The notes beneath the pieces are model-generated. The model ran no database searches, was not told where the DNA came from, and saw nothing but the letters and a program-made list of their open reading frames with translations. A stretch of 64,000 nucleotides of DNA from Felis catus (lineage: Eukaryota): positions 14,262,001 to 14,326,000 of the forward strand of contig NC_058368.1 in NCBI RefSeq assembly GCF_018350175.1. The letters run 5' to 3'. The position numbers and the translations under genes are program-made. Numbering within the stretch: position 1 is the first letter of the stretch; each line of letters begins with the position of its first letter. Of the stretch, positions 13,046-24,647 are shown one piece after another.

Positions 13046-13279
13046 GTTTTTTTTTTTTTTTTTTAATTTTTTTTTTCAACGTTTATTTATTTTTGGGACA
13101 GAGAGAGACAGAGCCTGAACGGGGGAGGGGCAGAGAGAGAGGGAGACACAGAACCGGAAACAGGCTCCAGGCTCTGAGCCGTCAGCCCAGAGCCCGACGC
13201 GGGGCTCGAACTCACGGACCGCGAGATCGTGACCTGGCTGAAGTCGGACGCTTAACCGACTGCGCCACCCAGGCGCCCC
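13046..13279 (-). mobile_element. Young felid CanSINE
   Basis: CpG-rich body; perfect 19-bp TSD agaaattctgcctttggtt at 13027-13045 and 13282-13300. Confidence 0.97.
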
Positions 13280-15326
13280 ATAGAAATTCTGCCTTTGGTT
13301 TTAAAAGTTTTGGACAGCTTTTTAAAAATTATTGAGGTTAAAATGTGTATAGATTTGTTTTTCTTTATTTTTGAGTAATTAACTATCATTAAGCACTTTG
13401 GCATTACTTTCCTGGCCTTTCAAAAAAGTACACACACAACTTTTGATCACTTATACTAGATTATGTGTTTGTTTGCATAGTGAAATCTGATTTACAACTC
13501 ATGGCGTACATACATTTCTTTTGATTTTTGGTTAAAACCTAAAACATCTATTTTGATTCAAGAGCTTTTAATTATGCCATTTCCGGGCCACCTCCTATTC
13601 CAAAGTCATGTTCTGTGTTACGTGTTCAGTAGGTTCTTGTTAAATTTGCCAAATGAAGTTTAAGACAGTTATGCTATTTTTTTGTGGAGTGGTTTAAAAA
13701 AAGAAAACCTTAGAAAATCTTCCTCTGTTTACTCAAAATATAAGATTATGACAAGTTTCATCCTCTTGACTTAACACCTTTACATATTTCAGTCTTTACT
13801 TCCACTATAACGTAATAGAAATGTACAGCAATGTTTTCATAGAATACAAACAAGGGATACACCTTATTATATCGTTTCACAAATATCTAGCAAGGTAGCA
13901 AGTTAACTTATGTTCCCAGAAACTATACTCGAAACCATAGCATTTGGGAGGTTGAAATTTATAATAAATGATAAAACTTTGGCTTTGTAATAACAAGTTA
14001 TCATGAATATATTGTCAGAAAAATTAAGGAGTTTAGGGAAAACGTTAGGCATGTTTCCTAAATCACTTTTTTTTTTCATAGTTAACTGAATTAGTATGGC
14101 TGTTGTTTCCAGTTACTTAGTAGACAAATTGTTGTATCTTGAATATTTGAAAGGTAATATTTCTGTGTTAAATATTTTTTTACCTCACAAGTATTTATAA
14201 GAGAAAATGTCTAATGACAATGCAATTTGTCAGGAACTATTTGGGTAGTATGATCATAAACCTTTTGCTGTTGTTATTCCTTTTTTATTCTTTTTTTTTT
14301 TAACTTTTGTTTTTGGTCAAGAATAGGGAAAGAAAAATGACTCATTATTTCCATGATCTAAAGGTTTTACTGCAGCAGCTGAACAGCTCAGTTTTATTCA
14401 ATGCTACATTAACTTTTCCATTAAGGGCACTGTTGTAAAGTATGGAGCCCTTAAGTGTTATGAAGTTGCTGTCTGGTATTTGTTCATTGATATGGCTGCT
14501 GTATTTGAATGTTGGTATCATTCCAGAATGAAAGTCTTCATTACTTTTTAAGAATGTTGTTTCTTTTGTCTTCAATTTAGTTAAATTTAACTTCACTGCT
14601 ATGGATTAAATGTCTAAACATTTTTATAAATCTAATTTTTTTCCTCATTTAGAATTTCTGTCACGTAAGCTATAATATGATTATGATGTTTGTGTTATTC
14701 ACAAAATCCAGATTTGTATGTGACACATCCTACTTTAGGAAAAAGGCAAATACTGTGGTGTCACACATAGTCTTTAGTTCATCTTCTTTTCCTCTTTCTC
14801 ATTCACTCTATAAATTATCCCAGTTGTCTAGAATTGTGCAAGATCCACAGAATAGTCTCTAGGTTGAAGCAGTCTTTGGGTGACATTGAGGATGGAAGAA
14901 ATAGGATGTCCTCCCCGGAGATGGTTAGGCTGTTGAAGGGGAGAGTGGGATTTGGACTTGTAGAGCATTTAGGAAAGGGGGGGGTGGTGAAGTTGTGGAC
15001 ACAAGCGCTAGTAGAGACTGCTGAGAAGTTATTACAAGCCTGCTTAGGGTGGACAGTATGGTACCCCACTAAGAAGGCTGAGGAGCTCAAATATGGAGCA
15101 GTATGTCCAGCATTTCTTTCTAGGAGATTTTCAAGACTCCTTCATCCTGATAAGAGGATAAATTCTATGATGATGACAAGGCTGTGGCAATCAGATACCC
15201 TGTGTTTTCATGTTTATTTTAAGAGCTAAGAAAAGGGAAAAGCTGATAAGAACCAAGATTATGTTTTGAGATATTTTGTTTGTTGATGGGCTGTTTTGTA
15301 ATATTTTATGTTAACTTATCTTATCA

Positions 15327-16943
15327 GATGTTTGTCTTTCTCTGACTTATTTCACTTAGCATAATACCCTCTAGTTCCATCCACTTGTTGCAAATGGCAA
15401 GATTTCATTCTTTTTGATTGATGAGTAATATTCCATTGTATGTATGTACCACATCTTCTTTATCCATTCATCCAGTGATGGACATTTGGGCTCTTTCCAT
15501 ACTTTGGCTATTATCGATAGTGCTGCTATAAACATTGGGGTGCATGTGTCCCTTTGAAACACTCTATCCCTTGGATAAATACCTAGTAGTGCAATTGATG
15601 GGTCATAGGGTAGTTCTATGTTTAATTTTTTGAGGATCCTCCATACTGTTTTCCAGAGTGACTGCACCAGTTTGCATTCCAGTGCAGAAGGGTTCCTCTT
15701 TCCTGCATCCTCGCCAACATCTGTTGTTGCCTGAGGTGTTAATTTTAGCCATTCTGACTGATGTGAGGTGGTATCTCATTGTGATTTTGATTTGTATTTC
15801 CCTGATGATGAGTGATGTTGAGCATCTTTTCATGTGTCTGTTAGCCATCTGGAAGTCTTCATTCAAAAAGTGTCTTCTCATGTCTTTTGTCCATTTCTTC
15901 ACTGGATTATTTGTTTTTTGGAGATTGAGTTTGATAAGTTCTTTATAGATTTTGGATACTAACCCTTTATCTGATATGTCATTTGCAAATATCTTCTCTC
16001 ATCCCATCAGTTGTCTTTTAGTTTTGCTGATTGTTTCCTTTGCTGTGCAGAAGGCTTTTACCTTGATAAAGTCCCAATAGTTCATTTTTGGTTTTGTTTC
16101 CCTTTCCTCCAGAGACATGTCTAGTAAGAAGTTGCTACAGCTGAGGTCTAAGAGGTGGCTGCCTCTTTTCTCCTCTATGACTTTGATGGTTTCCTGTCTT
16201 ACATTTAAGTCTTTTATCTATTTTGAGTTATTTTTGTGTATGGTGTAAGAAAGTGGTCCAGGTTCATTCTTCTGCAGTCGCTGTCCAGTTTTCCCAACAC
16301 CATTTGCTGAAGAGACTGTCTTTTTTCCATTGGATATTCTTTCCTGCTTTGTCAAAGATTAGTTGGCCATACATTTGTAGGTTCATTTCTGGGTTTTTTC
16401 TTCTGTTCCACTGATATGTGTGTCTGTTTTTGTGCTAGTACCATACTGTCTTGATGATTACAACTTTGTAATACAGCTCAAAGTCGGGAATTGTGATGCC
16501 TGCAGCTTTGGTTTTCTTTTTCAGGATTGCTTTGGCTATTCAGGGTCTTTTCTGGTTCCACACAAATTTTAGGATTGTTTTTTTCCAACTTTGTGAAGAA
16601 TGCTGGTGTTATTTTGATAGGTATTGCATTGAATATGTAGATTTATTTGGGTAGGATTGACATTTTAACAGTATTTGTTCCTCCAATCCATGAGCATGGA
16701 ATGTTTATCCATTTTTTTGTGTCTTCCTCAATTTCTTTCATAAACTTTCTATAGTTTCCAGTGTATAGATTTTTCACCTCTTTGGTTAGGTTTATTCCTA
16801 TGTATTTTATGGATTTTGGTGCAATTGTAAATGGGATTGATTCCTTGATTTCTCTTTCTGCTGCTTTATTTTTGGTGTATAGAAATACAACCTATTACGT
16901 TGATTTTATATCCTGTGACTTTGCTGAATGCATGTATCAGTTC
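15327..16943 (-). mobile_element. Carnivore L1 ORF2, 3' segment of a 5'-inverted element
   Basis: ORFs 15371-15667 and 15603-15902(-) match the ORF2 C-terminus; continuous L1 sequence to 16943. Confidence 0.95.
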
Positions 16944-17519
16944 AAATACAGACCAGTTTCCCTGATGAACATGCATGCAACAATTCTCAACAAGATACAA
17001 GCAAACTGGATCCAACAATACATTAAAAGAATTATTCACCACAATCAAATGGGATTTATTCCTGGGATGCAGGATGGGTTCAATATCTGGAAAGCAATCA
17101 ATGTGATACATCATATTAATAAAAGGATAAGAACCATATGATCCTCTCAATAGATGCTGAGAAAGCATTTGACAAAATACAGCATCCTTTCTTGATAACA
17201 ACCCTCAAGAAAGTAGGGATAGAAGGATCATACCTCAAGATCATAAAGGCCACATATGAAAGGCCCACCACTAATATCATCCTCAATGGAGAAAAACTGA
17301 GAGCTTTCCCCCTAAGGTCAGGAACATGACAGGAATGTCCACTCTTACCACTATTATTCAATACAGTGTTGGAAGTCCTAGCCTCAGCAATCAGACCACA
17401 CACAGTAATAAAAGGCACCTAAATCGGCAAGGAGGAAGTCAAACTTCACTCTTCACAGGCGACATGATACTCAATGTGGAAAATCCAAAAGGTCCACCAA
17501 AAAAACTACTAGAACTGAT
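16944..17519 (+). mobile_element. Inverted 5' segment of the same L1 (RT domain)
   Basis: Encodes [31 protein letters not shown] and [34 protein letters not shown]. Confidence 0.95.
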
Positions 17520-18794
17520 CTATTTTCTATGGTTTTGATGGTTAATTTCACCCAATTAGAAATGTTTCCAAACTTCTACATCTGAAACACATAATCATCC
17601 ACATAGTGCTGCCTCTCATTCTATTGCCTTGTTAAAATTTACTTCTTTTAATAAATAAGCCTCTAGCTCAGATCCCAGTTGTCTTTACCTATCCATTCCA
17701 GATATTCAGCCATCGAACTGTCTTTAAATTCTTTTCTTGGCTTGGTGCTTTACCATACCATATCATCTTGGAAGCCATCTGACTCCTGCCTTTACAGTAA
17801 CTTCCCAATAAATTCTGAGACTTCCACCAGTAAGGCCCTGTCTTTAGTGGCCTCTGTCATGCTTGTCTTCCATTTATTCAACCAAAACAAATAAATAACC
17901 ATAAACATACATACAGGTACACAGACTCACGCCCCGCCAAAAACAAGAACACTGATTTGGGTCTTTTCATTGAAATCCCTTATTCTTATTCTGGTCTTTG
18001 TAAGCTTTTTACTAACCACTTTAAGAGAGTACCTGAGAAGAGAGAGTGTCATCCTATTGTAGTGTCTTTCCAAAAACCACCATAATTATTCTGATTTCAG
18101 GGTAGCTTTAAGATTAGAAGAACAAAATTAGAAGAACAAAATAATAACTTTGATAATGATACATCAGAATTTAATTGATATACCATTGAATCCTACTGTT
18201 TTGGGGAAAAAAGAAATTTAGATATACAAAGTGAGGAATGTGCTTATGTGTATATATATGTATGTGTGAATCTAAGAGTAGGCCTACACAAACTAAATTA
18301 AATCTATTTTTCTTTCATTCTACCTTGTATTTCAGAGGTCTCTGCTTCCAAAAGTTTCTCTGGCCCCATTGGCTGGCATGGCCTCTGAAAAACAAACCCC
18401 TAATAAAGTGTCTCTCCCTCATAGATAGGCCTAAATCTATCTTCCTAGTGGAAACTAAAAGGTAGAAACAGGCTCATAACTCATAAGAATGAAAGTCTGT
18501 GGTCAAACTCAAGAAAATACAACTGGTCGCTGTAAACATATTTTGGAGGTTTCCTGGTATATTTAAACTATATCATGACATTGGCTGGCCATTTTAACAT
18601 CCTCTGCTTTTTAAGTTAGCTTTGTCATTTCCCTTCATGTATTGGTAAACAATGCAAATAAAGTCAGCGTTTGGAGGGTCTTGGGTAGATTTTACTTTGT
18701 AAGTAAATCAAATTGATAGATGTGAATTTCAGATAAGCAGCAAAATAGACCATAGATTTTCACAGAGTGAAAGAAGAAGGCAAACAGAAACAGT

Positions 18795-21190
18795 GATTTT
18801 TTTTTACTTTAAAGTGTGATACATACAGAAAAGTGCATATATCATAATGAGACAGATCAATGAATTTTCAAAAACTGAAAACATCTATGCACTTATCCTA
18901 GATTAAAAAAAAAAAACAGAACATTACCAAACCTTCTAAAGTCTCTTCTAAGGCTTCTAAGCCCCACTTGTACTTCCCACCCACCTATCTACCAATAACC
19001 AGTGTCCTAAATTCTAAGATGATATATTTCTTTTGCCTACTTCTGTATTTGTATGAACAAATTACATAGTATGAGCTCTTTTGTCTGGTACTTTTTACTC
19101 AATATAACATTGGTGAGATTCGTCTATATTGTTGCTTATAGTTTTAGGTTGTTTATTCTCATTGCTATATAGTAGTTCATTTTGTGAATATACTTTTGAC
19201 TAGTATGAATAGTGTTGCGGTGAACGTTTTAATATGTATTTGTTTTTGTTTCTGTTTTTGTTATTTCTTTGATGAACAAGTAAATACATTTCTGTTAGGC
19301 ATATATCTAGGATTGGTTATTAAGGCATAGTACAGCTTATATTTAGCTTTATGGTGTAACAGTTGTCCAAAGTGCTCAGTTACTTGTTCTACATCTTCTC
19401 TAACACTTGGCATTTTCAGCCTTTTTCATTTTAGCCATTCAGTTCAAAGTTAAATATATTACATTGCTGTCTTAATCTGCATTTTCCTGATGACTAATGG
19501 AGTACCTTTTATAATGACCAGTAAAAGTTTGCCTATCCATTTATGTCAAATGTCTGTATAAGTCTTTTGTCTATTATTCTATTGGGTGTCTTTTTATTCT
19601 TACTAATTTGTAAGACTTCATTAAATAATCTGGATCTGAGGCTGGATATATGTATTGTAGATACCATCTCCCACTCTTGTGTGTTGCCTTTTGCTTTCCT
19701 ATATCTTGGTCAAATTACCCATTTTTTCTTTTATGGTTAATGATTTCTGTTTCTTGTTTAAGATATCTTTGCCTTGGAGTGCCTAGGTGGCACAGTCAGT
19801 TGAGTGTCTGACTCTTGATTTCAGCTCAGGTTATGATCCCGGGATTGTAGGATCGAGTCCCTCATCAGGCTCCGTGCTAAGCATGGAGCCTGCTTGAGAT
19901 TCTCTCTCTCTCTTCCTTAGCCCCTCCCCTCTGCTTCCACACTTTCACTCTCTCTCTCTGTCTCTCTCTCTCTGTCTAAAATAAAAAAAATTAAAATAAA
20001 ATAAAAAGATATCTTTGCCTACTCCAACATCACAGAGATATCCTCTTAGGTTTTCTTCTAAAAGTTTTATTGCTTTGCCTTTCATCTTCAGATTTGGAAA
20101 CCATCTGGAATTGTGTATGGCAAGGGGTAGAGTCAAGATTAATGTTTAACCATATGGACATTCATTTGACTCAGCACTATTTGTTGAAAAGACCATGCTT
20201 TTCCCCTCACTGTACTAAGATGTCTTTTTCTGGGTCTGTCTTGGACCTTCTGGGCTTTTCCTTCAGTACTTGTGATCACTTTGTCTATTCCTGCACCATC
20301 CCACACTGCCCTTATTACCATTGCTCTCTAAATAGGTCTTGATACCCAGAAATGCAAATCCTTCAGCTCTGTGGTTCTCACAGATTCTCGGTTACCCTTG
20401 GCCTTGACATTTCCATTGTAATTTTTTCAATCAGCTTTGCCAATTTCTGCAACAAAAAATATGTTGTAATTTTGATTAGGATTACATTGAATCTATAGAG
20501 CATGTTGGAGAGAATTGACATCTTTAAATACTGAAATATAAACCATATCATGTGTATGATATATGACTATTTACATAGGTCTTTAACTTCTCTCAGTATA
20601 ATTCCTGATTTTAGTGTGTAGGTGTTGTAAATCTCTCATAGGATTTATTCTTACGTATTTGATGTTTTTGTGTAACTTCTGCAAATGTTGTTTTAAAAAG
20701 TTAACTGTGAGCTTGAGACTGAAATATACTGTTTCCTTGCATAGACCTTTATCTAGTAGCCTTGCCAAATTCACTTAATTATATTATAATAACTTGTATA
20801 TTTTTTAGATTTCCTATCACCTGCAAATACTAATAGTTTTACTTCTTTTTTTAATCTGTATACTGTTGGGGACATTGTTTTTCTTACTTAACTCTAATGA
20901 CCAAGCCCCCTGATACAATGTTGAATTGAAATGTAATAGCACTTGTCTTGTTACTAATGGAAAGGGGAGAGTTTTAAATAATTTGCCATAATTGTGATAT
21001 TTGCCAGAACATGGTTGGTTGGTTGTTTGGTTGATAGATATTCTTTATCAGTTAAAAACAAAGTTCATTTCCCTTCCCTTTCTATTTTGGTTTGTTAAAA
21101 GATTTTATCCTGAATAAGTTTGTAATTTTGTCATATGTTTTTTATTCATCATAACAGTCATATGATTTTCCTCTTCTTCTACTGAAATAG
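18795..21190 (-). mobile_element. Old L1 (L1MB/ME-like), about 2.4 kb, containing a CanSINE
   Basis: 3' end catacagaaaagtgcatatatcataa...tcaatgaattttcaaaaactga; degenerate ORF2 (gcactatttgttgaaaagacc; ggagagaattgacatcttta). Confidence 0.8.
19775..20005 (+). mobile_element. CanSINE
   Basis: TSD aagatatctttgcct at 19760-19774 and 20006-20020. Confidence 0.95.
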
Positions 21191-23231
21191 TGATTCAGTT
21201 GGCTAGTATTATAATATTAAGTTATCAAATGGTGATTAATTGGAGTAGATAACAACTTTTCAGACTGAAAACTTCTCAAGAGTTCAAGTGCCTAACCTCT
21301 AGCAATGTGTTTGGCACATAGATTACTGTATTTGTTAACTAACGGGTAGTTTAATTAATATGTTTGGGGGGATATGCCTTCTTCCATGCAAATTAATATG
21401 TATTAAACAACCATTCTGTGATAGGACACACAGCCAGCCATTGTGCTATGCACTGTGTAGAATACAAATAAATGTAAAAATTAATGTAGAAGTTAATCTC
21501 AGCATCAAGTAGCTATAGTCTAGTTTGTGAGATCATACCGAGTCTTAGATAATTATAATGTTAATATAAAGCAATATTTAGTTATATTTAAGTGAAGCAT
21601 TGACTAGACTGTATGCTTTTAAAGAATAAGTAATAAAGACTGTATGCTTTATAAATGAATATTCAGACTTCTCAGTCCCAAGGAATAGCACAAGGCTGAA
21701 ACAGCCAGGCTCATCTCATTACATTAAATTATCCAGAATAAAGTATGAGAATGGTAGTAGTTAAAGATAAGACTGCAAAATAGAGTTCAAATTCAATCAA
21801 GGAAGATCTTGAATGCCCAGCTAAAGATTAGACCTGGTTGTGTAGGCAACTCAATTTTACAGATAAGGAAATAAGTCTTGAGAGGTCATGACCTGCCTTT
21901 GGTGATACTAAATCAGAACTGGGAGTGCATAAGGAAAAGAATGCAGTCTTCTTGATTCTTAGTGAAATTTTTCACCCAGTGCAAACAAATTTATTTGGCT
22001 AATTATTAAAATGGTATTACTTTATATTCATAAAAATAGTTCGTTTCTTGTCTTTCTGTAATTCTTTTTGTATTCTTCTATGTCTAATTATATTTAATAC
22101 CCAGTTATATAAGTAAATGGATGAGGAGCGGGGGGAAAAAAAACAATTATTCTTTAGCCATGACAGATATAATAGGCATTCATGTCATATGATACTGAAT
22201 GTTAAAATGAGGTCACAGGGCACCAGAGAAAAGGAAACAAGCAATATAGTACCTCAGGGTGATGAATGTGAGGGGAAACATCTTATATACGGCACTAGCC
22301 AGGATATTTATCATTTACTGCTGAAACTCTGATGACATGATAACAAGGTTTTCCTATAGTAGTCACGGTACCAGAATCCCATAGAATTTCTTCATGATGG
22401 CTTCTTTATCCCATTAGCTCAGTACTTTCTTAAATAAGAAGCAAATGGCCACAGGATTCCTTGGGAAGGATGAAAGTGCCACTACCTACTCCTTCTTTGG
22501 TATTATTACCTTCACTATCTTCATATTCAGAACGGATCATTTAATTCTACTCTATTTAGCATATATTTAAGTACCACAGGGTTGCCCTTTACAGTCAAAA
22601 GTACAGGAAACATAAAAGAAGAAACAAGTGCTAAGTGGATCGGGAGTTAACACTCTATTGTTATTTCTGTGTAGTATAATGCCTTTTGGGTAGTAAATTA
22701 TATATTTCAGGAAACACTAATGCACATGAAAATGGTCAATAGATAATTATGAAATAAATGAATTAATGATGAAAATAATTGAATTGTTACTACTATTCCC
22801 ACATAAGCCTGGAAGTAAGGAAGGCATGAGTCCTTTCTCATTCACTCTCCTTTTATCATAACTTTGTAATAGGTTTACATTTCCAAAAAGTGTTACAGTT
22901 ATTTATAATATTATTCACATTAATAGTAATAAAAATATCTAATTTTTGTAACATGAACCAAAAATTCTTGAGCTAAGTTGAACAAAAATGAAAATGCTTA
23001 TGGCAACAAAGAACACATCAGTTGGGTTTAGCCCCTGGTTTAGACTTTTATGGGCTATATTTCAAGTTTGAAGTTTTACTAGAAACAAATGAGTGATCAG
23101 TCTGGTATTAGCCGTGCCACCTTTATCACAGGATTCCCTCATGCCATCTGCTTTTATATAACGTGTGGACTGGCAGATACAGATTCATAATAGAGTTACT
23201 TTGCCCTCTGCCCTTAAATTCATCCTGGCGG

Positions 23232-23235
<4 letters not shown>

Positions 23236-23283
<48 letters not shown>
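23236..23283. repeat. (GA)n microsatellite
   Basis: Perfect GA run. Confidence 0.95.
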
Positions 23284-23285
<2 letters not shown>

Positions 23286-23604
23286 ATTGATATATAGTGA
23301 TCATGCATACCAATACCAATAGTACCTTAGAGATTTGCATAAATTTGAGTTTAAAAGAATTCAGTGGAAGAGAAATTAAATACAGGCTTTAGAAGAGATA
23401 AGTACAGCATTCATCAGAATTGCCCACCTAGGAAGGCTTCCTGAATCAGGGGTCCTTAAAAGGAGGGAGGTTTGATGACTGGCAGAACGTTTAAGAGCAA
23501 TCACAGTTGAAAATAGAAAAAAAAATTATTGTCTAAAGTCAGAAATTAAAATAATGTCAGTCAGGAGCAAATTATGCTTAATCAGTGTATATAAACTATA
23601 AATA

Positions 23605-23709
23605 GCTGGACCCCTGGCTGGTGTCAGACTCTTGATTTGGGCTCAAGTTGTGATCTCATGGTCATGAGATCAAGCCCCTGTCGGGCTCTGCACTGAGCCC
23701 TGCTTGGGA

Positions 23710-23762
<53 letters not shown>

Positions 23763-23814
23763 TCTGACCCTCCCCCACTCTCATTCTTATACTCTCTTTC
23801 TCAAAAAAAAATTA
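23605..23814 (+). mobile_element. CanSINE (older) with long CT tract
   Basis: gactcttgatttgggctcaagttgtgatctcatgg; flanking ataaacta repeat. Confidence 0.9.
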
Positions 23815-23964
23815 ATAAACTACAGATAACATTAGTTAAGGGGAATTAAGAAATAGAATAAAAATTCTTCTTAAAGCTCAAGTAAAAAAGTTGAGTCTGC
23901 TTCAGAACACATGGTCCACATGGTCAGGGAAATTGTCAAAGTGTGTGGTTAGAAAGATGCCTTA

Positions 23965-23992
23965 ATTTTTTTTTTAAGTTTGTTTATTTTGA

Positions 23993-24038
<46 letters not shown>

Positions 24039-24194
24039 ATGGGACTAGCAGAAAGAGAAAGAGAGAATCCCAAACAGGCTCCACACTGTCAGCACAGAGC
24101 CCAACACAAGACTCGAATTCACGAACCATGAGATCATGACCTGAGCCGAAATCAAGAGTCAGATGCTCAACCAACTGAGCCACTCAAGTGTCCC
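23965..24194 (-). mobile_element. CanSINE
   Basis: Reverse-complement body; TSD agaaag(a)atgcctt. Confidence 0.93.
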
Positions 24195-24422
24195 AGAAAG
24201 AATGCCTTTAAGTGAGCTTGCAGTCTGACTGGAAGAAGGACAGAAAGAGACCACTGAGAGCCACTGTGAGGAGCAGGTCAGGACTTGGCCAGGAGAAGTG
24301 ACTAGTCCTAGTGCAGACATTCTCCTGGCCTAGGGACAACAGTCAGTGAACGGGTTGTATTTTACATAGCTCTGTTGCTCAAAAAGACATGGGACAAGAT
24401 AGTAAAGATATAGAAGTTGGGA

Positions 24423-24647
24423 GGGGCACCTGGGTGGCTCAGTCAGTTAGGCATCTGACTTTGACTCAGGTCATGATCTCACGGTCCGTGAGTTCGAGCC
24501 CCACATCAGGCTCTGTGCTGACCTCTTGCTCAGAGCCTGGAGCCTGCTCAGATTCTGTGTCTCCTTCTTTCTCTGCCCCTCCCCCACTCAAGCTTTGTCT
24601 CACTCTGTTTCTCAAAAATAAATAAATGTAAAAAAATTTTTTTTAAA
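24423..24647 (+). mobile_element. CanSINE
   Basis: ggggcacctgggtggctcag head; TSD aagttgg. Confidence 0.93.

Noticed and set aside
9231..13335. Repeated MGQRETE... ORFs suggesting a peptide family
   Set aside because: Antisense translations of CanSINE copies.
2413..17538. L1 ORF2/RT ORFs as active genes
   Set aside because: Truncated and frameshifted fragments with no promoter or ORF1.
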